DNA from: Chloroflexota bacterium | GTDB taxonomy: Bacteria > Chloroflexota > Limnocylindria > Limnocylindrales > CSP1-4 | Assembly (NCBI GenBank): GCA_040905225.1 | Contig: JBBDRY010000110.1 | Location: 26,395-90,394 of the forward strand | DNA: 64,000 bases | Reading direction: 5' to 3' | Shown here: piece by piece, positions 1-10,017 of the stretch | Layout of the letters: each line of letters starts with the position of its first letter | Position numbering within the stretch: position 1 is the stretch's first letter | Translations under genes and position numbers: made by a program | Notes under the pieces: model-generated | What the model was told of the DNA's origin: nothing | Databases searched by the model: none | The model's input: only the letters and a program-made list of their open reading frames with translations

Positions 1-928
1 GGGGGCCAGCACTTCGCAGCCATTCGTCGTAGGCACGTCCCACTGGTGCCATCGCCTTAACGTGGGGAATGTCAAGTCCCGTCGGAGTTAGGGGGACAGT
101 GCTTCCCACGAGGTTTCGCAGCCGCCCAGCTTCATGTCTCATCAACGGCTGCGATTCGAGCCAGTCGGCAAGATCAAGCTGCCCTGCACGCGCCGCCAAT
201 TCAAGCGTGCACTCGCGAATTTGGTGAACGACCAACATGATTACGTCGGCGAACACCATCATCGGCAGGCTCGCGCCGGAACTGGGAGTGCCCTGAGCAA
301 GATCGGTGCTTTCCCAAGCAGTGAGCGCGTGAAATTGACCTCGAGCGTGAAGCGTGGACGACATCGTGGCGTAGGCCTTTCCTGGATCGCTCAGTATTCG
401 TGGCCGGCGTGGGCCACCGCTCCAGACACGAGTTATGAAGGCTGCGATCGGTTCGCCGTCGCCTCGCTCGATCCCAAAGGTGAAAGCACGGTTGCTGGTC
501 CAGCGTTCAAGTTGGCCACGGAGTAATACGGAGGCCCCGATTGCCTGGCCGACAAGGATTAGCCGGAACGCTGACGCACACGAGTCGGCTCCCCAGCGAA
601 TCTGTGCGGGCCACGTTCCTATGGGAAGAGCGGGAGATGTGACTCGGTCGACCCGCGTCGAATAAGAAAGGCCAAATCGCCTGAGCACGGCATCGATGTG
701 CGGGACCGCACCAAAGCGCGGAACTGTGAAAGCACTGACAAACGGGGCAGCGTCGATTGCGTTTGACCACCTTGCGTTGTGCCGCTTGAACAACTCTGCT
801 GAAACCCGGCCCGGGCCCGCTTCTCTGGCGAGCTCTTCGTAATGAGCTAGATCGCTTGGAACGTCGAGATGGTCATCAGGAGGGTCGACCGTTTCCCCTA
901 GAGGCACTAGATCAACCAGGAAGGTCAA
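1..928 (-). CDS. hypothetical protein, 3'-truncated by the window edge (absent from the ORF track because it has no in-window stop)
   Basis: Manual minus-strand translation is open from a TTG/GTG near 905-928 down to position 1. Composition is balanced (e.g. RVWSGGPRRPRILSDPGKAYATMSSTLHARGQFHALTAWES). The listed + ORFs 134..526 and 435..665 are its Arg-rich antisense. Confidence 0.4.
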   Translation of the reverse strand, partial: MTFLVDLVPLGETVDPPDDHLDVPSDLAHYEELAREAGPGRVSAELFKRHNARWSNAIDAAPFVSAFTVPRFGAVPHIDAVLRRFGLSYSTRVDRVTSPALPIGTWPAQIRWGADSCASAFRLILVGQAIGASVLLRGQLERWTSNRAFTFGIERGDGEPIAAFITRVWSGGPRRPRILSDPGKAYATMSSTLHARGQFHALTAWESTDLAQGTPSSGASLPMMVFADVIMLVVHQIRECTLELAARAGQLDLADWLESQPLMRHEAGRLRNLVGSTVPLTPTGLDIPHVKAMAPVGRAYDEWLRSAGP

Positions 929-1714
929 TCGCTAGGTCACGCAGGATTCGTGCCGCGACAGTCATTCGTGTGTCCCCTAGAAGGTCACCAACTGCTTCAT
1001 ATGCATACGCAACCGAGGGGGCGGTGACCATGCGCAGATGACGTTCTGGCATTGGCGACCCGTTGGGGTCATAGACGGCGTCACCATCGGCCCTATCGAT
1101 CAATGAAGGCTTGAACGATGCTGCGGAGGTGTGAGAGTACGGGCTAAGAAATCGGTAGAGCATGTCATAGGCCTGACGTATGGCCCAGCTGTGCTCCGGA
1201 ATCGCAGTCTCAATTTCCTCGACCATCCGAGCGAGCGTCGGCATCACGCGATCGCCATAGTTTCGACCAGCGGCCATCGCCGCCGTCCTACCTTCGGCGG
1301 CTATTGACTCCTTCTCCTCGAGGACGTGAGTCATGTTCTCGATGCGTAGTCGCTCGTCCAACGGAGCGGGAAGGTGCGCGGCGGTCTGCCGGATCATGCG
1401 AACGTCTTCCTCTTCGGCTTGGCCAAACCAAAGCGGCGCGTTCGTATCGACATCGAGTGCCATCCACTTGATGAGGATTGCCGCCTCAACTACAGCTCTG
1501 GCATGGTGAAGAGCCGTGATCGCTGATGGTCCTGTGAGTGCGTGCAAAACACCGCGGTAGAGCAGGACGATGCGGTCACCCAAGATGCTCCCGAGCAACG
1601 CGTTGGCAGTTTCCGCCTTGAGCGGAGAAGGGATGCGATCTGCCAACCGGAGGAGCCGCTCCTCGATCTCATCCAGGGTTAGTGCGGATGGTTGCTCTGC
1701 GCCAGGCTCTTTCA
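912..1714 (-). CDS. hypothetical protein (~267 aa)
   Basis: The C-terminal 267 aa of ORF 912..2411 (from MKEPGAEQ) are protein-like. The upstream ~230 aa are R/P/G-rich and overlap gene 1814..2869 out of frame. Confidence 0.5.
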
Positions 1715-1813
1715 TTATCGACTTCAGCCATTTTGCAACTATTGAGACGAGTCGCGCGGGTCGACCTATGGAAAACCCACGACTCGGATTCTCACGGTCG
1801 GACAGTTCTCGAG

Positions 1814-2869
1814 CTACATGCCGATCAGTTGGCGGAAGCGGTGTGTGAGTGGCAGTTCGGCGCGGGCATCCAGCGAGGCTTCGGTGGGCTTCCAGTTGGC
1901 AAATTCGGGCGTCAGGTCCTGAGGCGTTCCGCGAGTGTCGGACTCGCAGAGCTTGCGCCACTCGGTGATCGCTATGTCCGGGCGGTAGAGGCGTTCGGGG
2001 GGCGCGTCCATGACGTCGACCATCAGCCGGTCCTCGTCGTTGAACATGCCGTGGAATACCCAGCGCACCCATAGCCGGTAGAACAGCCGAAACCGGATTC
2101 GCCCGATCAAGCCGGCGCGCTTGGAGACCAGCTGCAGGTAGATGTGGTGATCGGGGTCGGTCGGAGCCCACCATTCGTAATGCTGCCAACCGGCCGACGG
2201 ATACGCGACTCGCAGGAAGCACGGCAGACGGATCGAGACTGTCGCCGTCCCGCGACCTTTCGAGCGCCAGAACCGCTTTGGCGGCCATGTCCCCAGGCCC
2301 GGAAACTCGGTGTCGAAGTGGACCTCGTCCGGCACCCGCGTGATCCAGCCCTCGCCGGTCGGCTCCATGTGGTGCCGCGTCCAGGTCGGCATCTGCCGGC
2401 GGAGGGTCCACAGCGAGCGGCGATGGAGGAATTTGGCGTGGCCCTCGTCGATGCCGTTCTCAGCGCCGAAACGCCAGTTGCCGTGACGCTGGGTCAGCCG
2501 CCCAACGACGACGGCGTCGCCAGACAGAAGCTCTGAAGGGATGTCCGACTCGACAGGCGGTGCCTCTCCCTCGCCGACGAAGACCCATACGATCCCGAGC
2601 CGCTCCTCGGCGGGATACTGACGTTCGCCGCCGGTGAGCACCCTGCCACCTTCGCGACGCAGCCAGATGCGCTCTCCAGCGAGCATGACCTTGAGTGGCT
2701 CTCGCGTGCCGACGTGCTTCGACCATGTCGCGGGGTACCAGTAGTTCCTGAAGCCGAGCACGGCCGCCTCGTACCTCGGCCACGTCGCCCAGTCGCGACG
2801 GCCGGTCGAATGAGCGCCGAAGCCCTTGCGGGATTCCGGCTTTAGTCGGGCTGGAGCAGCCGTAGCCAT
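1814..2869 (-). CDS. Rieske-oxygenase alpha-subunit-like protein with a degenerate Rieske domain (no Cys ligands)
   Basis: Motif GNWRFGAENGIDEGHAKFLH resembles the mononuclear-iron site of ring-hydroxylating oxygenases (NWK..EN..D.YH....H). The first 200 aa have a Rieske-like WYP...LAGE..L.R pattern but contain no cysteine. It lies immediately downstream of UbiD copy 1 on the same strand. Confidence 0.45.
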   Translation of the reverse strand: MATAAPARLKPESRKGFGAHSTGRRDWATWPRYEAAVLGFRNYWYPATWSKHVGTREPLKVMLAGERIWLRREGGRVLTGGERQYPAEERLGIVWVFVGEGEAPPVESDIPSELLSGDAVVVGRLTQRHGNWRFGAENGIDEGHAKFLHRRSLWTLRRQMPTWTRHHMEPTGEGWITRVPDEVHFDTEFPGLGTWPPKRFWRSKGRGTATVSIRLPCFLRVAYPSAGWQHYEWWAPTDPDHHIYLQLVSKRAGLIGRIRFRLFYRLWVRWVFHGMFNDEDRLMVDVMDAPPERLYRPDIAITEWRKLCESDTRGTPQDLTPEFANWKPTEASLDARAELPLTHRFRQLIGM

Positions 2870-2878
2870 GCGCGAAGC

Positions 2879-4317
2879 CTAGGCCAGGTCGGCCGCCGTC
2901 ACGCCTGCCGGCAGCGGCTCCAGGACCGATTCCGGCTGCACTCGCGCGACCACATCTGGCGGAACCCGGCACATCGGCGGGAAAGTCTCCGGCGGAGCTG
3001 GCTTGGTCATATCGAAGATCAGCTTGGTCTCCATCGGCCCCTTCTCCTCGCGGTGGTAGCCGTACGTCACCGGATTGAGGTGGCCGCCGAGGAAGTTGGG
3101 CAACATCGTCAGGTCTCGATCGGCCTGGAAACGCGTGGCCATTGCCCAGAGGGTGTCGACCTCGTTGAAGACATCGACGTCGTCGTCGACCACGAAGACA
3201 TGCTTCAAAAGAGGGTCGACCGCCAGCGCTGCGACTGCGGCGATCTTGGGCTCACCCACTACCCGCTTCTTCATCGAGATGTACAGGTGCGAGCGCGACA
3301 TGCCTGAGAGCGGCAGGTTCACGGCCGTGACAGAGGGCATCGCCTCTTTGACCCGGCGATAGATGGAGCCCATGCGTGGCAGCGCGCCGAGGATCGAGTG
3401 CTCGGTGTGGGCATTGAAGACGTCCACGAAGATCGGCTTCGCGCGCATCGTGATCGCGGTGATCTGGATGTACGGCTGCGGCCCGACGCGCGTGTAGTAG
3501 CGCGGGTACTCGCCGAACGGCCCCTCGACCTGTGTCTTCTCGGGATCGGTGTCGATGATCCCCTCGATGATGATCTCGGCCCGCGCCGGCACCTCGAGAT
3601 CGACCGTCTTGGCGCGAACCATCTCGAGCGGTTCGCCCATCAGCCCGCCCGCAACCTCGAGCTCGCCGCCGATCCCCTCGAGCTTCGACACGGCGCCCAT
3701 GAGCACAGCCGGGTGATGGCTGATAACCAGCGCGATCTCCGCTGGCTTCCCGAGCTCGCGCATGCGCCGCAGGATGTAACCGGTGTGGTGGGCAGGGTTG
3801 ACCTGGATGCCGACCTGGCGCCCTGGTATTGGTGGCGGAAGATGCCAGCGTTGACGCGGCCGCTGTCCGGGTCGCGCATGAGCGTCGCGGCTGAGGTTAT
3901 GTAACGCCCCGCGTCGAGCTCGTTGTGGACGAGCATCGGCAGCCGCCCAACGTCGATGTCGTCACCGGTCCAGACGACCTCCTGCACCGGCGCCGCGGAG
4001 GCATCAATAGTGGTAGTCGGGATGCGGTTGCCCTCACGCTTGGCGTACTCGGGGACCATGCCCTTTACATCGGTCCCGATCGAGAGCGCCAGCCGCTCGT
4101 AAGTGGCGTGCAGGTTGAGAAGCAGCGGCATCGGCGAGCCGCCGATGTTCTTGAACAGCACAGCCGGGAAGCCTGGGTAACGCGCCGGGTCGTCCTCGAT
4201 CCGATCGACAATCGCCGTCGCCTCGAACTCCGGATCGACCTGGGAAGAGACGACCTTCAGCTGGTCCGGGTACGTCCGAATCAGGAGGTCGAGATAAGTG
4301 CGCAGATCCTGGGCCAT
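2879..4317 (-). pseudogene. UbiD-family prFMN-dependent decarboxylase, copy 1, split by a 1-nt frameshift (probable assembly error)
   Basis: ORFs 3640..4317 and 2879..3763 align end to end with the intact paralog 28229..29731. The frame is lost at GGCGCC(C)AGG around 3815-3827, a C-homopolymer. Confidence 0.75.
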
Positions 4318-4555
4318 CGCGGCGCGGCGCCTCCGGAGTGACGCTGGATTGACGTCTTGGTACAGGCTATCGACGGGGCTGCTTGTCGCAACGCCGCGTT
4401 GCTATTATCGCGGCCGGACCACGATGCGGGACGGTGGTTCAGATAGCGGAATGATCGACCGCCCCAGCGGCGATCTGAGGAGGGTAGGGAGCGCGTGAGC
4501 ATTCACGTCCTTGGCGTCGCCGCGAGCCCCAGATCCACAGCCACGACTCGCCTCG

Positions 4556-6847
4556 ATGACTGAAAGCCCGGTCAGCCCGCTCGGCCAGCGCCTCCCAATG
4601 GTCGACGCGGTTGCCCGTGTCACGGGTGCGATGGACTACGCGCTCGACATCGAGCTTCCGGGCATGCTCCAAACGCGGATCCTGCGCAGCCCGCACGCCC
4701 ACGCCCGATTGGTCCGCATTGACGCGAGTCGCGCGGCCGCCCTCCGCGGCGTGACGGTCCTGACGCGCGACGACATCCTCGGCCGCGAGGACGTGAACCC
4801 CACTTTCGGCTTGTTCATCCGCGATCAGCCGCCCGTTGCCCTCGACAAGGTCCGCCACGTGGGCGACCCGGTCGCGGCCGTCGCCGCGCCGGACGACGCC
4901 GCGGCAGAGGAGGCGCTCGACCTGATCGAGGTCGAGTACGAGCCCTTGCCGGCGGTCTTCGACGTCGAAGCAGCTCTGGAGCCCGGGGCGCCGATCCTCC
5001 ACGAGGGGCCCCGATCGCTGGCCAGCCGCCGGCCGGACATCCTCGCCCGACAGCCCGGCTTCGAAGGCACGAACGTCATCCACCAGTTCATCCAGCGCAA
5101 GGGTGATGTCGATGCCGGCTTCGCGGGGGCCGACGAGGTGATCGAGCACACCTTCTACAGCCCACCCGTCCAGCACGTGCCGATGGAGCCGCATGTCGTG
5201 GTCGCGCGCTGGAGCGACAACCGCCTGACGCTGTGGGATTCGACCCAGGCGCCTAACTGGGTGCAGATCGAGCTGGCCAACCTGTTCAAGCTGTCGGCGT
5301 CGGACGTGCGCGTGATCGTCGGGACCCTCGGCGGGGGCTACGGCGGCAAGATCGACCCGTCAATCGAACCGATCGCCGCCTGGCTGGCGCGCAAGGCAAG
5401 ACGCCCGGTGCGCCTCGCGTTGAGGCGCGACGAGGAGTTCTACACGCACACCAAGCATGCGGCGCGGGTGCGCATCCGCACCGGGGCGAAGCGCGACGGC
5501 ACCCTCGTCGCCCACCAGGCGACGTGCTGGTACAACGGCGGCGCGTACGCCAAGGAGACGCCCGAGAAGATCACCCGCGGCTATGCATCGATGGGCCCGT
5601 ACCGCGTGCCCAACGTCCACGTCGACTCGTTCGGCGTGTACACGAATATCACGCCTTCCGCGGCCTTCCGCGGCTTCGGCATCCCGCAGGTCTCGTGGGC
5701 GCACGAGTCGCAGATGGACATCCTGGCCGACGCGCTCGGGCTCGATCCGCTCGAGCTTCGGCTGCGCAACGTCCTCAAAGTCGGGGACCAGTTCTCGACG
5801 GGTGAGACGATCACCGAGGACCTGCACTATCGCGAGCTGCTGAAGATTGCGGCGGAGAAGATCGGCTGGTCGGAGGGCGTCGGCCCGTTCCGGGAGGGCT
5901 CGAAGATCCGTGCCCGGGGGATCGCCACGATCATCAAGGGCATGAGCGCGTTCCCGTCGTCGGCGGTCGCCAAGCTCAACACCGACGGGTCGCTCAACGT
6001 GCTCACGGGCAGCGTCGAGATGGGCCAGGGAGCGCTCACGGCGCTGACGCAGATAGCGGCCGACGAGGCGACCCTGCCGATGAGCCGCGTTCGCGTGTCC
6101 ACACCGGATACCGCGGTGACGCCGTGGGATCAGATGTCGGCGGCGTCGCGCACGACGAACAACATGGGCAAGGCCATCCGTGGCGCGGTCGTCGACGTCA
6201 AGAAGCAGCTGCTCGAGATGGCGGCGCAGCGGTTGGAGATCTCAGTCGACGATCTCGATGTCGTAGCCGGAACGGTCCAGCCCAGGGGCTCTCCCGACAA
6301 GGCGCTGCCGTTCGCCGCCCTCCTTGGTCCGGCGCGGGTGGGCAATCTCCTCGGCCGTGGCTCGTACCAGGCCGTATCGCACCTCGACCTGGACGGCCAG
6401 GGGATCGGCTCCCCGCAGTGGCATCCGTGCGTCTGCGCGGCCGAGGTGGAGGTCGACGAGGAGACTGGTCGGACGACGATCCTCAAGATGCACATGGCGG
6501 TCTACGTGGGCAGGATGATCAATCCGCTCCAGTGCGAGCTCCAGGTCGAGGGCGCAGCGACGTTCGGCATCGGCCAGGCGCTGTTCGAGGAGATCCTCTG
6601 GGACGAGAGCGGCAACCTGACCAACCCCAATCTGTCCGACTACATGGTTCCCTCGATGCTCGACCTCCCGGCCGAATTCGGCGAGACGATCCTCGAAACC
6701 GACACGAACGAGGTGCACGGCATCGGCGAGACGGGCCTGCCGGCAGTCATGCCGGCGGTTGGCAACGCCGTCAGTCGGGCGATCGGCAAGCGCATCCCGA
6801 CTCTGCCGCTGACGCCCGAGAAAGTGCTGCGCGCCATATGGAGCTGA
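4556..6847 (+). CDS. xanthine dehydrogenase-family molybdopterin-binding large subunit (CoxL-like hydroxylase, set 1)
   Basis: ~765 aa. N-terminus LPMVDAVARVTG...LRSPHAHARL and active-site loop SAAFRGFGIPQ are XDH-type, not the CODH AYXCSFR motif. First ATG is 4556 (a TTG lies at 4511). Overlaps the next gene by 10 nt. Confidence 0.85.
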   Translation: MTESPVSPLGQRLPMVDAVARVTGAMDYALDIELPGMLQTRILRSPHAHARLVRIDASRAAALRGVTVLTRDDILGREDVNPTFGLFIRDQPPVALDKVRHVGDPVAAVAAPDDAAAEEALDLIEVEYEPLPAVFDVEAALEPGAPILHEGPRSLASRRPDILARQPGFEGTNVIHQFIQRKGDVDAGFAGADEVIEHTFYSPPVQHVPMEPHVVVARWSDNRLTLWDSTQAPNWVQIELANLFKLSASDVRVIVGTLGGGYGGKIDPSIEPIAAWLARKARRPVRLALRRDEEFYTHTKHAARVRIRTGAKRDGTLVAHQATCWYNGGAYAKETPEKITRGYASMGPYRVPNVHVDSFGVYTNITPSAAFRGFGIPQVSWAHESQMDILADALGLDPLELRLRNVLKVGDQFSTGETITEDLHYRELLKIAAEKIGWSEGVGPFREGSKIRARGIATIIKGMSAFPSSAVAKLNTDGSLNVLTGSVEMGQGALTALTQIAADEATLPMSRVRVSTPDTAVTPWDQMSAASRTTNNMGKAIRGAVVDVKKQLLEMAAQRLEISVDDLDVVAGTVQPRGSPDKALPFAALLGPARVGNLLGRGSYQAVSHLDLDGQGIGSPQWHPCVCAAEVEVDEETGRTTILKMHMAVYVGRMINPLQCELQVEGAATFGIGQALFEEILWDESGNLTNPNLSDYMVPSMLDLPAEFGETILETDTNEVHGIGETGLPAVMPAVGNAVSRAIGKRIPTLPLTPEKVLRAIWS

Positions 6848-7317
6848 TCGAGTTCGAGCTCAACGGCCGCCAGGAGGCTGTTGCCGCGCGCCCGGACGAG
6901 CTACTGCTCGACCTGCTGCGGCGGCAGTTCCACCTGTTCAGCGTCCGCGAGGCGTGCGGCATCGGCATCTGTGGCACCTGCACGGTCGTCGTCGATGGAC
7001 GCCAGGCGAGTGCGTGCCTCGTCCTCGCCGGGCAGGCGTCGGGTCGGTCGATCGAGACGGCGGAGGTACTGTCGGAAGACGGCACGCTGCATCCCATCCA
7101 GCAGGCGTTCATCGAGCACAACGCGTTCCAGTGCTCGTACTGCACGCCCGGCTTCCTCCTTGCGACGCGGGAGCTCCTGGCGACGAATCCTTCGCCGAGC
7201 GAGGACGAGATCCGTCAGTTCCTGGCCGGGAATATCTGTCGCTGCGGGAGCTACGTCAAGATCATCGAGGCCGTGGTCGATGCGGCCGGCCGGCTGCGCG
7301 CGCAGCCGCAGCGATGA
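6838..7317 (+). CDS. (2Fe-2S)-binding small subunit of molybdenum hydroxylase (CoxS-like, set 1)
   Basis: CGIGICGTCTV, CSYCTPGF and CRCGSYVKI motifs. The start sits inside the stop region of the large subunit. Confidence 0.85.
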   Translation: MELIEFELNGRQEAVAARPDELLLDLLRRQFHLFSVREACGIGICGTCTVVVDGRQASACLVLAGQASGRSIETAEVLSEDGTLHPIQQAFIEHNAFQCSYCTPGFLLATRELLATNPSPSEDEIRQFLAGNICRCGSYVKIIEAVVDAAGRLRAQPQR

Positions 7318-8150
7318 TGGCAGAGGTCGCCGACCGGACGGCAATCGCGTTCCGCCACCGATCAGCTGGCCGCGGCCGCGCGGTTGTCCTGATCCACGCG
7401 TTCCCGGTCGATGGGCGGCTCTACGACGTGCAGCTTTCCGCTGCCGAAGCCGGACGCCTGGCAGCCCGAGTAATCGCCGTCGATCTGCCCGGGTTCGGGC
7501 AGACACCTCTGCCGGACCCGGCACCGGACGTTCTGACTGTGGAGTTCCTTGCCGAGGCCGTCTGTGGCTGGATCGAGGCGGAGAGACTCGGTCCGGCGAT
7601 CGTGGGTGGCGTCGCCATCGGCGGTTACGTGGCGATCGAGCTGGCGGCTCGCCGGCCCGACCTCGTCGCGGGCCTGGTATTGATCGGTTGCAAGGCGGCG
7701 CCGGACAACCCAACGATGGCGCCGAAGCGCGAAGAGCTCGCCCAACTCGCGCTCGATCGAGGCGCCGCGGCCGTGGCCGATGAGCTCCACGCCCAGCCGC
7801 TCGGTCCGCACGCCGACGGCGCGGTGAAGGCTCGGATGCACGAGATGATCTCGTCGGCGGATCCACGCGCGATCGCGGCGCTGATCCGAGGAATCGCGCG
7901 GCGACCGGATCCAGCGCCGGTGCTGCCCGGGCTGGCCATGCCGTCCCTGGTGATCTGTGGCGAGAGGGACCCGTTCAGCCCGCTCGACGAGGCCAGGCGG
8001 GTCGCTCAGCTGATGCCGAACGCGGACCTTGTCATCATCAAGGGAGCAGGCCACATGGCCCCGCTGGAGGCTCCCATCGCCGTGAGCCGTGCGTTGGCAG
8101 GCTTCCTCGATCGACTGAACCAGAACCAAACACCAGGAGGAGCAACGTGA
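7314..8150 (+). CDS. alpha/beta hydrolase embedded in the Mo-hydroxylase operon
   Basis: 278 aa with HAFP...GFG...GGVAIGGY nucleophile-elbow context. ATGA overlap with coxS-like and GTGA overlap with coxG-like. Confidence 0.7.
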   Translation: MMAEVADRTAIAFRHRSAGRGRAVVLIHAFPVDGRLYDVQLSAAEAGRLAARVIAVDLPGFGQTPLPDPAPDVLTVEFLAEAVCGWIEAERLGPAIVGGVAIGGYVAIELAARRPDLVAGLVLIGCKAAPDNPTMAPKREELAQLALDRGAAAVADELHAQPLGPHADGAVKARMHEMISSADPRAIAALIRGIARRPDPAPVLPGLAMPSLVICGERDPFSPLDEARRVAQLMPNADLVIIKGAGHMAPLEAPIAVSRALAGFLDRLNQNQTPGGAT

Positions 8151-8668
8151 TCATCGACCAGAACGTGACCATCCCCGCACCGCCCGAGAAAGTCTGGGAC
8201 TTCATGATGGACGTGCCTGAGGTGAGCACTTGCGTCCCCGGCGTTGAAGGGTTCGCGCAGGTCTCACCCGACGTCTACAAGGGGATCCTGGGCATCAAGG
8301 TCGGCCCGATCGGTGTCCGGCTCGAGGGGCAGGTCACGTTGGTCGAGCAGGATCGCGACAACTGGCTGGCGCGGATGGATGTCGAAGCGACCGACCGGCG
8401 CATCCGCGGCGCAGTCAACGCCAAGGCGTGGATGAAGTTGACACCGCGGGAGGATGGCCAGACCGACGTCTTCATCCACACGGACGCGTCAATCTTCGGC
8501 AAGCTGGGCCAGTTCGGCCAGGCAGTGCTGCGCAAGAAGGCCGACCAGATGGTCGCCGAGTTCGCCGCGAACATGTCGCGCCGGCTGACCACGCCGCCTG
8601 CCGAAGCGGAAACGTTGGCCGAAGCGCCGGCCGAAACGTCCGCCGAAGCGCCCGCCGGCCAGTCATGA
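8147..8668 (+). CDS. coxG: CoxG-family (SRPBCC) Mo-hydroxylase accessory protein
   Basis: N-terminus MIIDQNVTIPAPPEKVWDFMMDVPEVSTCVPGVE is typical of CoxG. Ala/Glu-rich C-terminal tail. Confidence 0.7.
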   Translation: MIIDQNVTIPAPPEKVWDFMMDVPEVSTCVPGVEGFAQVSPDVYKGILGIKVGPIGVRLEGQVTLVEQDRDNWLARMDVEATDRRIRGAVNAKAWMKLTPREDGQTDVFIHTDASIFGKLGQFGQAVLRKKADQMVAEFAANMSRRLTTPPAEAETLAEAPAETSAEAPAGQS

Positions 8669-8749
8669 CCTTGAGCCTGCCCGAGACAGACTCGCGCGCC
8701 CCATTGGATACCGTTGTACTCAACGGTACCGACTGCTAAATTCGCCCTG

Positions 8750-9646
8750 ATGCCAAGATCGATTGCCTTCCTGCGTCCCGGCTCCATCGAGGAGGCCGTC
8801 GCGATGCTGGACGAGCACGGCGAGGACGCGAAGGTCGTGGCCGGCTCAACGGCACTGACGATCATGCTGCGCGAGCGGCTGATCGACCCCGGGGCGCTGG
8901 TCTGGATCGGCCGGCTCCCCGAGCCCCAACTCTCGAGGATCGAGCACGCGGATGGTGAGCTGCGGATCGGCGCGCTGGTCACGCATCGTGACGTGGAGCG
9001 CGACTCGACGACACGGTCAGTGCTGCCGGTGCTCGCGGAAACCTTCGGCAAGGTCGCCAACGTCCGCGTGCGCAACCAGGCCACGGTCGGCGGAGTTGTT
9101 GCCGAGGCCGACTATGCGTCCGATCCTCCGGCGGTATTTCTGGCCCTTGACGCGGAGGTGGACGTCCGCGGCCCGAACGGGGCGCGCACGGTCGCGATGA
9201 GCGAGTTCACGCTCTCCTTCTACTCGACCGCGTTGGAACCGAATGAGATCGTTACCGCGGTACGCGTGCCGGTGCCCCAGCCCGGCACGCATGCCGTTTA
9301 CCACAAGTTCGTGACCCGCTCGTCGGAGGACCGCCCGTGCATCGGGGTGATCGGGGTCGTCCGGCTCGCAGCTGACGGGCGAACCGCGGAGGACGTGCGT
9401 GTGGCCGTCGGAGCGGCGGCCGAGATCCCTCAGCGGTTCACGGAGCTCGAGCAGGAGCTGGTCGGCAAGGAGCTGGACGACGCGGCGATCCGAGCCATTG
9501 CCGATGGTTATGCCGAGCGGATCGACACTCTCGACGACATGCGCGGATCAGCCTGGTATCGCACACAGATGGTGCGAGTCTGGGTGCGTCGGGCCCTCGA
9601 GGACGCGCGCACCGCGGCGCAGGGCGGAGACGCGCAGGCAGCCTAA
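8750..9646 (+). CDS. FAD-binding medium subunit of molybdenum hydroxylase (CoxM-like); the only one in the window
   Basis: AFLRPGSIEEAVAMLDEHGEDAKVVAGSTAL is the FAD_binding_5 N-terminus. ORF track start 8714 is TTG; first ATG is 8750. Confidence 0.8.
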   Translation: MPRSIAFLRPGSIEEAVAMLDEHGEDAKVVAGSTALTIMLRERLIDPGALVWIGRLPEPQLSRIEHADGELRIGALVTHRDVERDSTTRSVLPVLAETFGKVANVRVRNQATVGGVVAEADYASDPPAVFLALDAEVDVRGPNGARTVAMSEFTLSFYSTALEPNEIVTAVRVPVPQPGTHAVYHKFVTRSSEDRPCIGVIGVVRLAADGRTAEDVRVAVGAAAEIPQRFTELEQELVGKELDDAAIRAIADGYAERIDTLDDMRGSAWYRTQMVRVWVRRALEDARTAAQGGDAQAA

Positions 9647-9696
9647 AGGGTCCGGCTCCGAGCGCTCCCGGGTGGGTGCGCGCCTCGCCGCACTCG

Positions 9697-10017
9697 TCAG
9701 CGAACCGAGTAGTCGGACAGGATCTTCCTTGTCGGCCTGCCCTGAGCGTACTGAGCGGCAAGCTCGCGCACCCCGAGCATCAGCTCGCTGGCGGCATATG
9801 CATCGAGCGCCTCGCGGTCGCGCCAGGTGAGCAGGTAGTAGTGCGTGCCGGTCTCGAAATCGCCGAAGAAGCGGCCTTCGACGAAGCCCGGGAACCCGCC
9901 GATCTGCTCGATCGTGCGTCGCGCGATCGCCCGTGCGTCCTCGGGAGTCAGGTCGGGCGCCTGCCACTCGACGAGAGTCGAGATCGGCCCACCGTTGAGC
10001 TTGGGTGAGTCATCCAT
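9697..10017 (-). CDS. antibiotic-biosynthesis-monooxygenase (ABM/Dabb)-like small protein
   Basis: 106 aa ferredoxin-like ABM-type sequence. Overlaps the stop of the IDI-2 gene, so it is co-transcribed. Confidence 0.5.
   Translation of the reverse strand: MDDSPKLNGGPISTLVEWQAPDLTPEDARAIARRTIEQIGGFPGFVEGRFFGDFETGTHYYLLTWRDREALDAYAASELMLGVRELAAQYAQGRPTRKILSDYSVR

Noticed and set aside
134-665. Plus-strand ORFs 134..526 and 435..665
   Set aside because: They are Arg-rich and low-complexity. They lie antisense to a better minus-strand frame that runs off the window.
1715-2411. N-terminal 230 aa of the 499-aa ORF 912..2411
   Set aside because: R/P/G-rich composition that overlaps gene 1814..2869 out of frame. 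The real gene starts at MKEPGAEQ.
2879-4317. Treating the UbiD, DHOase-like and isochorismatase-like genes as true decayed pseudogenes
   Set aside because: Every break is a single-base change inside a homopolymer, and the sequence is otherwise intact. Assembly error is the simpler explanation, so I call them pseudogenes only provisionally.
4556-9646. Reading the Cox-like genes as carbon monoxide dehydrogenase
   Set aside because: The large-subunit active-site loops are AFRG(F/Y)G, which is XDH-type. They are neither form I (AYXCSFR) nor form II (AYRGAGR).
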